Origin: Candidatus Peribacteria bacterium
GTDB lineage: Bacteria > Patescibacteriota > Gracilibacteria > UBA1369 > UBA12463
Direction: 5' to 3'
Length of the DNA stretch: 64,000 nucleotides
Assembly: GCA_943354965.1 (NCBI GenBank)
Contig: CALRDN010000004.1
Span: 13,121-77,120 of the forward strand
The position numbers and the translations under genes are program-made. Positions 30,390 through 41,310 of the stretch are shown here, one piece after another; within the stretch, counting starts at the first letter, position 1, and each line of letters starts with the position of its first letter. The notes under the pieces are model-generated. The model was not told the DNA's origin. It did no database searches and saw nothing but the letters and a program-made list of their open reading frames with translations.

Positions 30390-30824
30390 TTGATGCACTT
30401 CATAATGGACAAAGCACAGTCAGAAAAAATACTGGTAGAACTCGCCACCTTCAGCCAAACACTCCTGGCTCTCCATAAAGAGCTATTAGGATTTGAGCGA
30501 AAGCAGTATGAATCCATTAACGGAAGCGTGGGATCAAGCGGCAACTTCCTCGGGATCCTCATGAACCATCCATCATTCAATTGGCTCCGGAAACTCTCTG
30601 GTCTGATTGTCATGATCGATGAAATAATTGATCCTTCAGAAAAAAACAAGATCGAACAATCTCCCCGAGAAATACTTCTCGATATAGAAAAACTACTTCA
30701 GCCGGACGAACAAGGGCAAGAGTTTGCTCAAAAATATCATACCGCCATCCACAACGAGCCAACAATAGCCATAGCACACGGGCAGGCGATGAATGAGCTG
30801 AAGAAAATTATCGCCATGGCGTAG
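30390..30824 (+). CDS. Conserved hypothetical protein
   Basis: LHKELL..ER..YE, FNWLRKLSGLIVMIDE; start may be ATG 30405. Confidence 0.78.
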   Translation: MMHFIMDKAQSEKILVELATFSQTLLALHKELLGFERKQYESINGSVGSSGNFLGILMNHPSFNWLRKLSGLIVMIDEIIDPSEKNKIEQSPREILLDIEKLLQPDEQGQEFAQKYHTAIHNEPTIAIAHGQAMNELKKIIAMA

Positions 30825-30929
30825 TCCATTATAGCACAAATAAGGCAAAAGAGGAAGGTAGTCCGGACTCCTTGTCTAGAGAGGGTTTTCCCCTGTATGG
30901 TATAGACAATATATACTCACCTTTCCTCT

Positions 30930-31397
30930 ATGTCAGAACAGATCCAAAATGGCGGAGATGAAGCAGAAATAGAAGCACCTGCCGCCCAGATTCAGCCAAA
31001 TGCAGCTGATGCAGGTGCCCTCGAAAAAGGCCCTGAGCACGTACCAAATCTCGAAGAAGTGAACGCGGTGATGGGAGCTTTGATCAAAATTGGGCAGAAG
31101 GATAAACTAGTGAAAGAGAATGGAGAGATAAAAGTGACAAAACAAACCATGGATGACAAAGGCCTCTATGAGCTTGAAATTGAAATAGAAGGAGTAGAAG
31201 AAGGCGAAAAAGTTGGATATGCATACCGAAGATTCGCGATACCCGATCGTACCGGAATGAAAGTTATACCACCGGGACTTCCTGAGATCCATGTCGCCTA
31301 CTATACCGACGGAGACTGTATGGGTGGTGATACGGCAGCACGCCGTATTAACGGCGAGTGGAAGCCTCTTCTTCACGCGGCCTGGCTGACTATTTAA
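30930..31397 (+). CDS. Acidic hypothetical protein
   Basis: 155-aa ORF with own promoter-like TGGTATAGA. Confidence 0.72.
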   Translation: MSEQIQNGGDEAEIEAPAAQIQPNAADAGALEKGPEHVPNLEEVNAVMGALIKIGQKDKLVKENGEIKVTKQTMDDKGLYELEIEIEGVEEGEKVGYAYRRFAIPDRTGMKVIPPGLPEIHVAYYTDGDCMGGDTAARRINGEWKPLLHAAWLTI

Positions 31398-31520
31398 ATA
31401 ATTATTTCAATATATGCTTTTCTGCGCCTGCTAGTTTTATAACGGGAGCGACACCTACACGCGAATAGCGGGAAGATATGTCAAGGGAACATGGAAGGTT
31501 CTATAAGCAAATCTATCCGC

Positions 31521-31563
31521 TTTACAGAAAAACAAGCTCACGATACGATGCACCCTCATCGTA
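31521..31563 (+). promoter_or_regulatory. Promoter of hom-ask with inverted repeat over the -10
   Basis: TTTACA-17-TACGAT; TACGATG-CACCCT-CATCGTA (31544-31563). Confidence 0.55.
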
Positions 31564-31582
31564 CTTATTATTATAAAATCTC

Positions 31583-32719
31583 GTGCGACAAAACGTTTTT
31601 ATTCTGGGTGCCACGGGAAATGTAGGACGCGAAATCATACAGCAGATAGCGCAACAGGATGTCCCGGAATGGCAGCGTCACAAAAATCCAACAGTAGTAG
31701 TTGGCCTAGCCGACAGTCAAAACTTTGCCATAAACACGGGTGGATTTTCCCGGGAATTTCTTCAGCATTTCGCCTCGACGAGACAGCGCGTGGGAGATGT
31801 TATGGGAGCGGAAAAACACGGACCCGAAGGTAACAGCAACATGCTTCAAACAATGGAAGGCAAAGGATACGGAGAAGATATGGTATATATCGACGTGACG
31901 GGAGAAAAAGAAACAGCGCGCGATCTGCACCTGAATATCATCAAAAATACGAAATCACAAATTGCGACAGCCAACAAAAATCCGGTTGGATTGTATGATT
32001 ATAATACCTACCAAGAACTCACCAAAGATCCGACCAGGTATCAGTACAGCGCTACGGCAATGGCGGGACTTGGAGCGGTTCCATGGTTAAGCGAAAGACA
32101 TACTATCGGTGATCGAATACATCGAATCGACGCCTCGCTCTCCGGAACGCTTGGATTCATCACGGACGAAATGTCGAAAGGGATGAAACTCTCAAATGCC
32201 ATCATGGAAGCCAAAAAAAGAGGCTACACAGAACCGGATTTTCGTGACGATTTAAACGGAATCGACGTCGCGAGAAAATTGACAATTCTTGCCAGGGAAG
32301 CAGGCTTTCCTATTGGATTTAACGATATAGCCATTACATCATTTTTACCTCAAGAATATTTCATGATTACCGATCCGCAGGATTGTCTCGAACGGATCGG
32401 TAAAAACCTGGATGAACCTTATGCCGATAACGCAAAATCAACGCTCAAATCCCATGCGCAAACCTACCGATATCTCGCCTCGCTCAGATGGTCCGGCGGG
32501 AATAGTAAACCTGAGCTACGCGTCGGAACAGAAGCGGTTTCGCTCGAAAGTCCATTTGCTCGATTGCATGGCACAGATAACTTCATCCAAGTCGTAACGG
32601 ATATGTACACCGAAGCGAAACCATATCGACTGCAAGGTCCGGGCGCGGGACTTGATATTACCGCCTCCGTACTTCGTAGGGACCTACTTCGTCTCCAGAG
32701 CAGCGTAGCAAGATTTTAA
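31583..32719 (+). CDS. hom: Homoserine dehydrogenase (ThrA/MetL-type domain, standalone)
   Basis: GATGNVG, TANK, SGTLGFI, GYTEPDFRDDLNGIDVARKLTILAR, GPGAG. Confidence 0.9.
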   Translation: MRQNVFILGATGNVGREIIQQIAQQDVPEWQRHKNPTVVVGLADSQNFAINTGGFSREFLQHFASTRQRVGDVMGAEKHGPEGNSNMLQTMEGKGYGEDMVYIDVTGEKETARDLHLNIIKNTKSQIATANKNPVGLYDYNTYQELTKDPTRYQYSATAMAGLGAVPWLSERHTIGDRIHRIDASLSGTLGFITDEMSKGMKLSNAIMEAKKRGYTEPDFRDDLNGIDVARKLTILAREAGFPIGFNDIAITSFLPQEYFMITDPQDCLERIGKNLDEPYADNAKSTLKSHAQTYRYLASLRWSGGNSKPELRVGTEAVSLESPFARLHGTDNFIQVVTDMYTEAKPYRLQGPGAGLDITASVLRRDLLRLQSSVARF

Positions 32720-32732
32720 CGTATAGACGCGC

Positions 32733-34307
32733 ATGAATACTACGGTTAACAAAATCGGCGGGAAGAATATGCTACAATTAGATGTTGTTCTCAACGCCAT
32801 AAATATTTTCGAGGAACGTGGAGAAAAAATCGTCTTGGTTGTATCGGCATTTGAGAAAGTCACAAACAAATTGTACAAAGCAATGGATGATCTTAATGAA
32901 AAAGATTATTCCGAAGACGACATAAATAAAGCCTTTGAAACCGTAAAAACAGCACATGATGCAGTCATAGAGAAATCTTTCGAAGGTGAATACAAAACAG
33001 AAGCCTATACCGCATATGAATCAATGTTTGCCGTTCTCAGGCAGGCACTTGTAAGTCACAAACAGATTTCAAAAGTGCTCATGCCCGTTGTAAATTCATA
33101 TGAAATTCGAGATCAGGTCATTGGCTTCGGAGAGGATATGTCGAGAACGTTATTAGGCGTCTACTTGCGACAAAATGGAAAACATGTACAAACCTACGGA
33201 GATGTAAAATGTAAAAAAACAACAGAAAAGGGCGGAAAAGTTTCAAACAGAAAAATAGAGAAAGGTATTCATGCGGCCATCAGAAAATCATTAGAAAGAG
33301 GAAAAGAAACTGACACAAAAGATGATAAAACTATTCGCATTTTTGGAGGTCATGTAGGCGGAACACCAAGAGGTATCTCCATCGACCAAGGACGTGGATA
33401 CAGTGATGTCACGGGCGTAGATGTAGCCATCGTATTGCGAGAAGAAGGAGAAAATATCAAAGCAACAAGATTCTTGAAAGATGTACGTGGCGTATACACT
33501 GCCAATCCCAAAAAACTCGATGGCAAAAAGAGTGCAGCTGTTTTACATGAAGACATATCGGTAAAAATAGCACTCGAGATTGCAGGTGCAGGGAGTAAAT
33601 TAATCAATCCCCGCGCACTTTCACGGGCACTCAAACATAAAATTCCCCTTGAAATACGTGATATTAATAATCTAAGAGACGATAAGGGAACAAGCATTTC
33701 TGGCAAAAATTTATTAACCCGTCATGCTTTCAAAACCATCGTAACAAATATGAATGTAGATGCTATTACCATTGATATTCCGGAAATGGCAGATGAGGCA
33801 GGTTTTATTGCAGCTATTTCCGCCATATTCGCAAAGCATGGCATAAGTATCGATGGTGTTTTCCCGGAAGGCACGAGCATCACATTCAGCATTCCCCTTC
33901 CAGAAGACGAATCTGATCGAAATGTAGAGCGCGAAAAACTGCAAGCCGTCATAAAAGATCTCAAAACCATCGAAGTAAATGACGAACAATATAATGTTGA
34001 TGATGACGATATTGAACTAGACCAAAGCCGTGCCTCCATATCGGTAGTCGGCAAGGAAATGCATGATCGAGTCGGAATACTTGCAAACATTTCCGGTGTT
34101 TTTTCTGCATTTGGTATTAATATCACCGCCGTCGTACACGGACGAAAACAAAATCGCATTCACTTCCTGATCGACAAACAAGACTGTCAACGCGCTGAAC
34201 AACTTCTTCATAGTATATTCGTTGATGGTGACTCTGAAGTGATACGAGAATTTATCGAGAGAAGAAGTGAGCAAACTAAAGCTCTTACCGCCACATTCAG
34301 GTCGTAA
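32733..34307 (+). CDS. Aspartate kinase with C-terminal ACT domains
   Basis: KIGG, VVSAF, GRGYSDVTG, KDVRGVYTANP, two ACT-like repeats. Confidence 0.87.
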   Translation: MNTTVNKIGGKNMLQLDVVLNAINIFEERGEKIVLVVSAFEKVTNKLYKAMDDLNEKDYSEDDINKAFETVKTAHDAVIEKSFEGEYKTEAYTAYESMFAVLRQALVSHKQISKVLMPVVNSYEIRDQVIGFGEDMSRTLLGVYLRQNGKHVQTYGDVKCKKTTEKGGKVSNRKIEKGIHAAIRKSLERGKETDTKDDKTIRIFGGHVGGTPRGISIDQGRGYSDVTGVDVAIVLREEGENIKATRFLKDVRGVYTANPKKLDGKKSAAVLHEDISVKIALEIAGAGSKLINPRALSRALKHKIPLEIRDINNLRDDKGTSISGKNLLTRHAFKTIVTNMNVDAITIDIPEMADEAGFIAAISAIFAKHGISIDGVFPEGTSITFSIPLPEDESDRNVEREKLQAVIKDLKTIEVNDEQYNVDDDDIELDQSRASISVVGKEMHDRVGILANISGVFSAFGINITAVVHGRKQNRIHFLIDKQDCQRAEQLLHSIFVDGDSEVIREFIERRSEQTKALTATFRS

Positions 34308-34958
34308 TCAAAGCACCTTCTTCGCAAAATGCACTGTCAGATATAACTTCCCTTTCTTCTCGTCGACAACAATGCCGAGACCAATTTTGGTATACACAGA
34401 GCTAATAATACTATTGTAGTGAGGGCGATAACTCTTCCCCTTCTCGGCCATATACGCATCAAACGTATAGCGAATCGTATCGATCATCTCACTGGTGCAA
34501 TCTTTTTTCGTACAACGATACGGTCCCCAGCCGATATTTTCCGTGAAGAGCGTTCCTGAACCGGTGAAGACAACACCCTGAGACGCAAACCATTTCTTTA
34601 TAAGAGTATAATCATAATACGCCGTCTGACCGTCGCGTTTATGATTGAGATATCCTCTCTCTTTCGCCGTTGTCGACCATGCAGTGGCAGTACGACTAAG
34701 GGTTGAATTATAAACATAAGGCGAAAGTTTCGCCTTCAGGCGCACGGCATTGTACCAACCAAGCCAGGTAGACTGGACTTTCTTTGCATCTACATTTACA
34801 GGAAGAGAAGAAACACTGAGAGAAGAAGCACCAGCGGAAATCACTGCACCATACGCTAAAGGAGTAAGCGCAATAGACAAACTCACAACAAATAAACCGA
34901 TAATAGTAAGCATGAAAAACCGAAAACACCGATGTTGACATCTGGAGAAATAACTCAT
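34308..34958 (-). CDS. CAP/SCP-domain exported protein
   Basis: Signal peptide; WYNAVR, ENIG, HYNSII, IGLG, LTVHF. Confidence 0.85.
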   Translation of the reverse strand: MSYFSRCQHRCFRFFMLTIIGLFVVSLSIALTPLAYGAVISAGASSLSVSSLPVNVDAKKVQSTWLGWYNAVRLKAKLSPYVYNSTLSRTATAWSTTAKERGYLNHKRDGQTAYYDYTLIKKWFASQGVVFTGSGTLFTENIGWGPYRCTKKDCTSEMIDTIRYTFDAYMAEKGKSYRPHYNSIISSVYTKIGLGIVVDEKKGKLYLTVHFAKKVL

Positions 34959-34995
34959 TAGTTACAGTATAAACATAGTTAGGTATAATAGCGCC

Positions 34996-35499
34996 ATGAT
35001 TATCGGACTTATCGTACTCCTCATTATTAATATCATCGTTCTGGTGGGGTTTATTTTGATGTTTTGGGGAGCTCCATACGTACCATCGAGAAGTGCCAGT
35101 GTAGAAAATATGATGAAACTGGGAGGCATTGGTCCGGGGCAAAAGGTCGCTGACCTAGGTTCTGGAGACGGGAGGGTAGTAATAGAGATGGCGCGGCGCG
35201 GCGCGCAGGCCCATGGGTATGACAACGATCCCCTTCTGGTATTTCTCGCCCGACGCAACATTCGCCGCGCCGGCCTAACAGGCAAAGCCTTCATCCACTG
35301 GAAAAATCTCTGGAAAACCGATCTATCCAGCTTTGACGCCATTACCGTGTATGGCATTCCTTATATGATGAAACCCCTCAAAGAAAAAATCCAAAAAGAA
35401 ATGAAACCTGGTTCAAAAGTCATCTCGAACGCCTTTCCCTTTCCAAATTGGCAGCCAGATGCTAAACATGAGGGCGTATTTCTCTATCAAATTGTATAA
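34996..35499 (+). CDS. SAM-dependent methyltransferase (FAM173/aKMT-like) with N-terminal TM
   Basis: GAPYVPS, DLGSGDGR, PGSKVISNAF. Confidence 0.9.
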   Translation: MIIGLIVLLIINIIVLVGFILMFWGAPYVPSRSASVENMMKLGGIGPGQKVADLGSGDGRVVIEMARRGAQAHGYDNDPLLVFLARRNIRRAGLTGKAFIHWKNLWKTDLSSFDAITVYGIPYMMKPLKEKIQKEMKPGSKVISNAFPFPNWQPDAKHEGVFLYQIV

Positions 35500-35538
35500 A
35501 ACTTGTAACATCTTAAGAGATAGAGCGTATACACGTAC

Positions 35539-36390
35539 ATGAAAGTCAAAATATTCTCCTTCGGCCTTATCGCAACATTCTATGCTCTTTGCATCATTTT
35601 GATTCAGGGAACCTTCGCTATATCACAGGCAAAAGCCCCATGGATCGAACAGGTAATGCCAAGTTTTGCATCTGAACCGGTAGACTCCGTACAAGTTCCA
35701 ATCCTCACCTATCATTACATCCGCACCGTCACAAATCCGAAAGACGTACTCGGAGCCAGACTTTCCGTCACTCCGACGGTATTCGAAGAACAACTAAAAA
35801 TATTACGCGACGAAGGCTACCAATCCATCACACTCGATGACCTCAGTGCATCATGGGAAGGAAAATATACCATGCCAAAAAAACCAGTCATCCTCACGTT
35901 TGATGATGGATATGATGACTTCTATACCAACGCCTATCCCCTTTTACAAAAATACCAAGTAAAAGCCACGGCCTATATTGTTCCAAACTTTCTCAACAAA
36001 GCGCATTACATGACATCGGCACAGATAATAGAACTTTCGAAGAGTCCTCTTGTAACGATCGGTGCACATACGATGAATCACGTCGACCTGCGAACAACCA
36101 ACAAAAGAACAAGTATGCAGGAAATTCTTGGAAGCAAAATGGTTCTGGAACGTCTCACTGGAAAAACCGTACATCACTTCGCCTATCCATTCGGAAAATA
36201 CACAAAAAACATCGTAAAAGCCGTGAAAAATGCAGGGTTCACCACAGCAACAACCATGGAGCGCGGAAATGACCACAAGACAATACACAATTTCACAGTA
36301 ACGAGAGAAGAAATTATCGGGGGGGCAGTTCAGCAGAATAGTCCCTTGGGGGATAGCTTGGAGAAATTCAAAAAAAGTATACTATTATAG
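35539..36390 (+). CDS. Polysaccharide deacetylase (CE4)
   Basis: PILTYH, TFDDG, HTMNH, FAYPFG. Confidence 0.93.
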   Translation: MKVKIFSFGLIATFYALCIILIQGTFAISQAKAPWIEQVMPSFASEPVDSVQVPILTYHYIRTVTNPKDVLGARLSVTPTVFEEQLKILRDEGYQSITLDDLSASWEGKYTMPKKPVILTFDDGYDDFYTNAYPLLQKYQVKATAYIVPNFLNKAHYMTSAQIIELSKSPLVTIGAHTMNHVDLRTTNKRTSMQEILGSKMVLERLTGKTVHHFAYPFGKYTKNIVKAVKNAGFTTATTMERGNDHKTIHNFTVTREEIIGGAVQQNSPLGDSLEKFKKSILL

Positions 36391-36423
36391 TAAATCCTTC
36401 TTCTTAATTTTTTTCATACTATT

Positions 36424-39400
36424 ATGTTCCAACCAAATCGTGAGTCTACCGCGAAAGTTATTGCTAGTATAACCCTCGGTGCCGCTTTGGCCGCTGTTGC
36501 GTTATATTTTATTTTCCCAACGCACAGAGTGCCCACCCTAAGCGCCAAAGATATCTCCCTGAGGGCGATTCAGGCCGATACATTAGGCATAGAAAAAGAT
36601 ACCGGATTTATTTTGACAAGCACAAAAGGCATTAGCGTAGATGATGTAAAAGAGGTGTTAAAAGTAAACCCACAAACCGAACTTACTTATACGCAAAAAT
36701 CAGCGAACGAGATTGAGTTCGTCGCAACCAAGCCACTTACAGCGAATAAAGTGTATCAGTTTAGTGTTCCTACAACCGAGCAAAAACTCTCATGGGCCTT
36801 CCAAGTAAAGGGTGAGTTCAGCGTAACCGGTACGTTGCCGGATACGAAACAAACAGGTGTTCCTCTGGACACTGGCATTGAAATTACCTTCACGCATGAG
36901 AACTTCAAAAACTTCGAGCAGTTCATCAGTATCTCGCCAAAAGTAGAGGGACGATTTGAAAAACACAAAAAAGTTCTCGTCTTCGTTCCAAAAAAACTTG
37001 AAACAAAAACAATCTATACCGTCACCGTCAAAAAAGGACTCCCGCTTGATGGATCCCCTATCATGCTTCAGGAAGACAAAGTAATACGCTTCGAAACAGC
37101 CTCATCGGAAGCCCGTGAACCAAGCATATTCGAGCTATCAGCAAACGAAATGCAGTTCGACACGGTCAATGATCAGGTGATGACCATATTCGGAAACAGC
37201 CTAAACACAGGAGATAAAATCGAGGCAACCATCTTCCAGTTTTCAAAAGCTCAAGACTATATCGACTCTTACAAAAAACTCCTCGGCACCAACTACTGGT
37301 CAACCTTCAACAAATATCAATTCGGAGATATTTCAAAAATTGCCACGAAGAAAAGTGTTCTTAATCTAGAAACAAAAGAAAGTTCCGGACAATCATTAGT
37401 GCTCTTTCCCGAAAAACTTCAAAAAGGTCTCTACCTCATAGCCCTCAAGCATCCCGCAATCGACGAACCTCGATATGCCTGGGTTCAGGTTACGGATATC
37501 GGCAGCTACATACAGCTAAACAAAAACAACGCTATCGTCTGGTCTCATGACTTGAAGACAAAAAATCCTTCCAAAAATGCAAAGGTAACATTTTCCAGCG
37601 GGGCTACGGCAACAACCGATAACCAAGGAATGGCTATAATTCCGGTACCGGAAGAATTTCATAAGGCAGAAAACGGTATCTCTACCATCACAGTAACGAG
37701 CTCAAATAACGACTCTGTCATAGCCTTTGTAAACAATTATTACGAAGACAAAAGAACATCCCAAGACTTCTGGAGTTACATCTCGACCGACAGGCCAACA
37801 TACAAACAAACAGACTCATTCTCGTATTGGGGGGTAGCAAAATCCAGGCGCCCAGAGGAGAAAGTAACGGAAGTCCATGCCACATTCCGATCTACGAGCT
37901 ACGATTACGAGTTCACAAATGGAGATGGTCAGCCAAAACTTTTTGATACAACGCTACCGGTAACAGCAAATGGTACATTCACCGGCGAATGGAAACTCCA
38001 AAATATCCCTACAGGATCATACATTATGGAGGTAACGGCAAATGGAATCGTCATCGCAACAAAATGGATCTCAATAGAGCAGTATATCAAACCAGCCTAC
38101 GCAATTGATATAGACTCATCCAGAGAGAATTACTTCACGGGAGAAAAAGCCCGTATCAATATTTTTGCCCATTTCTTTGATGGAACAGCCGTAGCGAACA
38201 AGCGTATTCGCGTAACGATGCGAGGATACCAGAACGTAGAAAAAATACTCACTACAGACGGACAAGGAAAAACATTTATTGATTTCATTCCACCCGCAAG
38301 CGAAACGGTATCAAATTATCCACGATATGAAACCATCCAAGCGACACCGGAATCCAATGAAGAAGGGGAAATCAGCTCAGATATAACGCTTTTCGTCTAT
38401 ACAACCGACATAAAAATTGAAACCGATACCGTCAGAAAAAACGGAAAAGATACGTTAAATATTCTCGTTCGAAAAATTGATCTGACAAAAGACGATATGA
38501 ATGGTGAGGTAATTCCAAACTATCCGGTCACACTCAGTCCTTTTGAGACTCATTATGAGAAAAACAAAACAGGAGAAAATTATGACTTTATAAGTAAAAA
38601 AGTCATCCCGATATATCAGTATAATGCTATCAAAACTCTCGGAACGGTCGCCACGCTGACAACGGACAAAAATGGAAAAATCGCATATACATTTGATTAC
38701 GAAGAGGGAAAATTTAAGACAGTAGAGATCGAAGCGAAAGATTCACTGCAGCATATAATAAAAACTACGGCATACTCCTACGACTATTCAGGATATATGT
38801 ATTTTGGAGAATCAGTGGACGTCACCCCGTCAAAATCAAAAGATGGATTCGCGATTAATGAGAAGGTCGAGCTACGCATAACAAAAGAGGAATTGCCGGC
38901 ACCAAAAGGAAACTACCTCTATTTGAAAACAAATTGGGAACAGACAAAAGGTTTTGCCTCGAGTGATCCAAATTTTTCTACAACATTTGGAGATGGCGAT
39001 TCGCCAGGATTTTCCGTAGATGTCATCTCGTTTACCGGATCAACCTACACAAAAATAGGAACTGGCTATGCTATGATTGATCAAAAGCAAAAGGATCTAG
39101 ATATCGAAATTCAAACGGACAAAACCAGATATCGACCGGGAGAAAATGTAGAATTAACAGTAAAAACAAAGAAGGATGGGAAAAATGTTTCGGGCGATGT
39201 GAACATAAACTTAATCGATGAGGCCTATTACAAACTCTATTATGGAACTGTAGATCCACTAAGATCGATCTATGGCAACAATATGCCGTGGTATTCCAGA
39301 CAATTTACCTTCTACAGTCACGTAACGATGACTTATGGAGGTGGAGCGGAAAAAGGTGGTGGAGGTGGAGATGATGTAAGAAGCAACTTCAAAGATAAAG

Positions 39401-41310
39401 CATTATTCAGAACCGTAACAACAGACGGCTCAGGCACCGCAAAAGTTTCATTCAAACTTCCTGATAATATTACATCATGGAGGGCTACGGCGCAGGGAGT
39501 AGATAGCAACATGAATGTCGGAGTCAGCATGAAGGCCATTCCGGTAGGACTCCCCTTCTTTATCGATGCGGTGATGGCTCCGGAATTTATCGTCTCAGAT
39601 AAGCCAATACTTCAAGTAGCAAGCTATGGTGATGCTATAACATCCGGTAATGAAGTTACCTATTCGTATGCAATTCCCGGACTCACCGTTGGGCAAGAAA
39701 CCGTTACGGGCAAAGGTCTCGGACGAGCTGATATTCCCCTACCAACACTCAAAATCGGAAAGTACAAAGTTACTATTTCGGCCACGACAAAAGGAAAAGA
39801 CGGAACAGAAATGAAAGATGCCATCGTCAGAGAGTTCACCGTCATTGAATCACGTCTCAGTAGTATCAAAATGTCAAAGATGGATCTCGCAGGAGCCAAA
39901 ACAGTTCCGAATGAGGTTTTTGGATCAACATCGGAGGTAACAATGAAGGTGCAGGAAGCCGAGAAGGCGCGCGCGTATGAAACTCTCTGGAACATGATAG
40001 ACCGATCGGGCGCGCGCCTCGACCAGCAAGCCGCCGAAGAGAAATCCGTTCAAATTTTGAAAAACTTCTTCAAAGAAGAAGTTCCGGAGCTCAGCACGAG
40101 CGTCTCGCTCGGTGAAATATACCAAGCGCCATCAGGAGGCATGCGTCTACTCCCCTACGCCAGCGACGACTTGGAACTCTCCGCAAAAACAGCACTACTA
40201 AGCGGAACAAGTGACACTACCGGCATCTCAAAAGAAAATCTCAGACTTTATTTCATGAAGATTCTCTCCGAAGAGCAGGCAAAGAAATTCCCTCTCGCCA
40301 CACGTGAACGATTCGTAATGGCCGTCAGCGGTCTCGCAGCACTCAATGAGCCGATATTACTTACTCTACAAAATCTCGCGAAAGAAGCTAACCTCACACC
40401 AATAGAGAAGCTCTACATTGCAGCAGGAGCCATGGCAATCGGCGACCAGCAAACAGCAGAAAACCTCGCCAAAGATCTTGTCACCAACAACCTTGAAAAA
40501 ATAAACGATTACAGTCGTCTCAAAGTCGGAAAAGACAATGATGATATTCTCGCCCATACAGCTCTCATGGCCGTGATCGCCGCAGACATTAACCTCTCCG
40601 AGTTCCAAAACTTGGCAACATATATAGCACAGCAACCTGGAAATGATATTCTTACCAGCCTGGAGCAGGTGTCTATCATCGAGAAGAGACTTCCATTTAT
40701 TCGTCAAGAGGATGCCACATTTGACTACTCCCTCAACGGAAAAAACGAACATGTAACGTTGAAAAATAATGAATCCTTCTCGGTGAATCTTTCAACGGAC
40801 ATGCTCAAATCTCTGACATTCGCAAATCCAAAAGGAGCGCTCACGGCTACCTTCCTCTATCATACACTCGCAAATAAATCTCAACTCAAATCCGATCCGA
40901 ACAAGAGTAATATCAAAATTTCTCACACCTACCAACTCCATGGCAAACCAACAACCTCCTGGTCAACAGGCGATATCGTATTCGTCGATATTCAGCCATC
41001 ATTAAGCCAAAATGCGCTAGAAGGCTGCTACACCATTACGGAACAACTCCCATCAAATCTCAAACCACTTTCATGGAATGTGCAGACGCTCGAAGAGGCA
41101 AATCAAAAAGAATATTACGGATCACGTCCATACGCGGTGAACGGTCAAACCGTCAAATACTGTGTATCAAAAGGATATAAACCAAGAATCCACTTCCCCG
41201 TCCGCGTCATCAACAAAGGAACATTCACTGCCGAACCAACCGTAATTCAAATGTCCTCAAAACCGGACATTGTAAACTCCACCAATGAAACTACTATCAC
41301 GGTTAAATAA
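36424..41310 (+). CDS. Alpha-2-macroglobulin family protein with N-terminal Ig-like domains
   Basis: TDRPTYK, YIKP, TDKTRYRPGE, Gly-rich bait then VRSNFKD..F, LPDNITSWR; no CxEQ thioester. Confidence 0.9.
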   Translation: MFQPNRESTAKVIASITLGAALAAVALYFIFPTHRVPTLSAKDISLRAIQADTLGIEKDTGFILTSTKGISVDDVKEVLKVNPQTELTYTQKSANEIEFVATKPLTANKVYQFSVPTTEQKLSWAFQVKGEFSVTGTLPDTKQTGVPLDTGIEITFTHENFKNFEQFISISPKVEGRFEKHKKVLVFVPKKLETKTIYTVTVKKGLPLDGSPIMLQEDKVIRFETASSEAREPSIFELSANEMQFDTVNDQVMTIFGNSLNTGDKIEATIFQFSKAQDYIDSYKKLLGTNYWSTFNKYQFGDISKIATKKSVLNLETKESSGQSLVLFPEKLQKGLYLIALKHPAIDEPRYAWVQVTDIGSYIQLNKNNAIVWSHDLKTKNPSKNAKVTFSSGATATTDNQGMAIIPVPEEFHKAENGISTITVTSSNNDSVIAFVNNYYEDKRTSQDFWSYISTDRPTYKQTDSFSYWGVAKSRRPEEKVTEVHATFRSTSYDYEFTNGDGQPKLFDTTLPVTANGTFTGEWKLQNIPTGSYIMEVTANGIVIATKWISIEQYIKPAYAIDIDSSRENYFTGEKARINIFAHFFDGTAVANKRIRVTMRGYQNVEKILTTDGQGKTFIDFIPPASETVSNYPRYETIQATPESNEEGEISSDITLFVYTTDIKIETDTVRKNGKDTLNILVRKIDLTKDDMNGEVIPNYPVTLSPFETHYEKNKTGENYDFISKKVIPIYQYNAIKTLGTVATLTTDKNGKIAYTFDYEEGKFKTVEIEAKDSLQHIIKTTAYSYDYSGYMYFGESVDVTPSKSKDGFAINEKVELRITKEELPAPKGNYLYLKTNWEQTKGFASSDPNFSTTFGDGDSPGFSVDVISFTGSTYTKIGTGYAMIDQKQKDLDIEIQTDKTRYRPGENVELTVKTKKDGKNVSGDVNINLIDEAYYKLYYGTVDPLRSIYGNNMPWYSRQFTFYSHVTMTYGGGAEKGGGGGDDVRSNFKDKALFRTVTTDGSGTAKVSFKLPDNITSWRATAQGVDSNMNVGVSMKAIPVGLPFFIDAVMAPEFIVSDKPILQVASYGDAITSGNEVTYSYAIPGLTVGQETVTGKGLGRADIPLPTLKIGKYKVTISATTKGKDGTEMKDAIVREFTVIESRLSSIKMSKMDLAGAKTVPNEVFGSTSEVTMKVQEAEKARAYETLWNMIDRSGARLDQQAAEEKSVQILKNFFKEEVPELSTSVSLGEIYQAPSGGMRLLPYASDDLELSAKTALLSGTSDTTGISKENLRLYFMKILSEEQAKKFPLATRERFVMAVSGLAALNEPILLTLQNLAKEANLTPIEKLYIAAGAMAIGDQQTAENLAKDLVTNNLEKINDYSRLKVGKDNDDILAHTALMAVIAADINLSEFQNLATYIAQQPGNDILTSLEQVSIIEKRLPFIRQEDATFDYSLNGKNEHVTLKNNESFSVNLSTDMLKSLTFANPKGALTATFLYHTLANKSQLKSDPNKSNIKISHTYQLHGKPTTSWSTGDIVFVDIQPSLSQNALEGCYTITEQLPSNLKPLSWNVQTLEEANQKEYYGSRPYAVNGQTVKYCVSKGYKPRIHFPVRVINKGTFTAEPTVIQMSSKPDIVNSTNETTITVK

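Noticed and set aside
30851..30872. GAGGAAGGTAGTCCGGACTCC resembles the RNase P RNA motif GAGGAAAGTCCGGACTCC
   Set aside because: It has an insertion, the spacer is only about 100 bp, and no 3' P4 partner is visible
31400..31520. Possible lysine, SAM or ZTP riboswitch upstream of hom-ask
   Set aside because: Only a short GGGAGCGAC resemblance; conserved cores are absent and the likely promoter lies downstream
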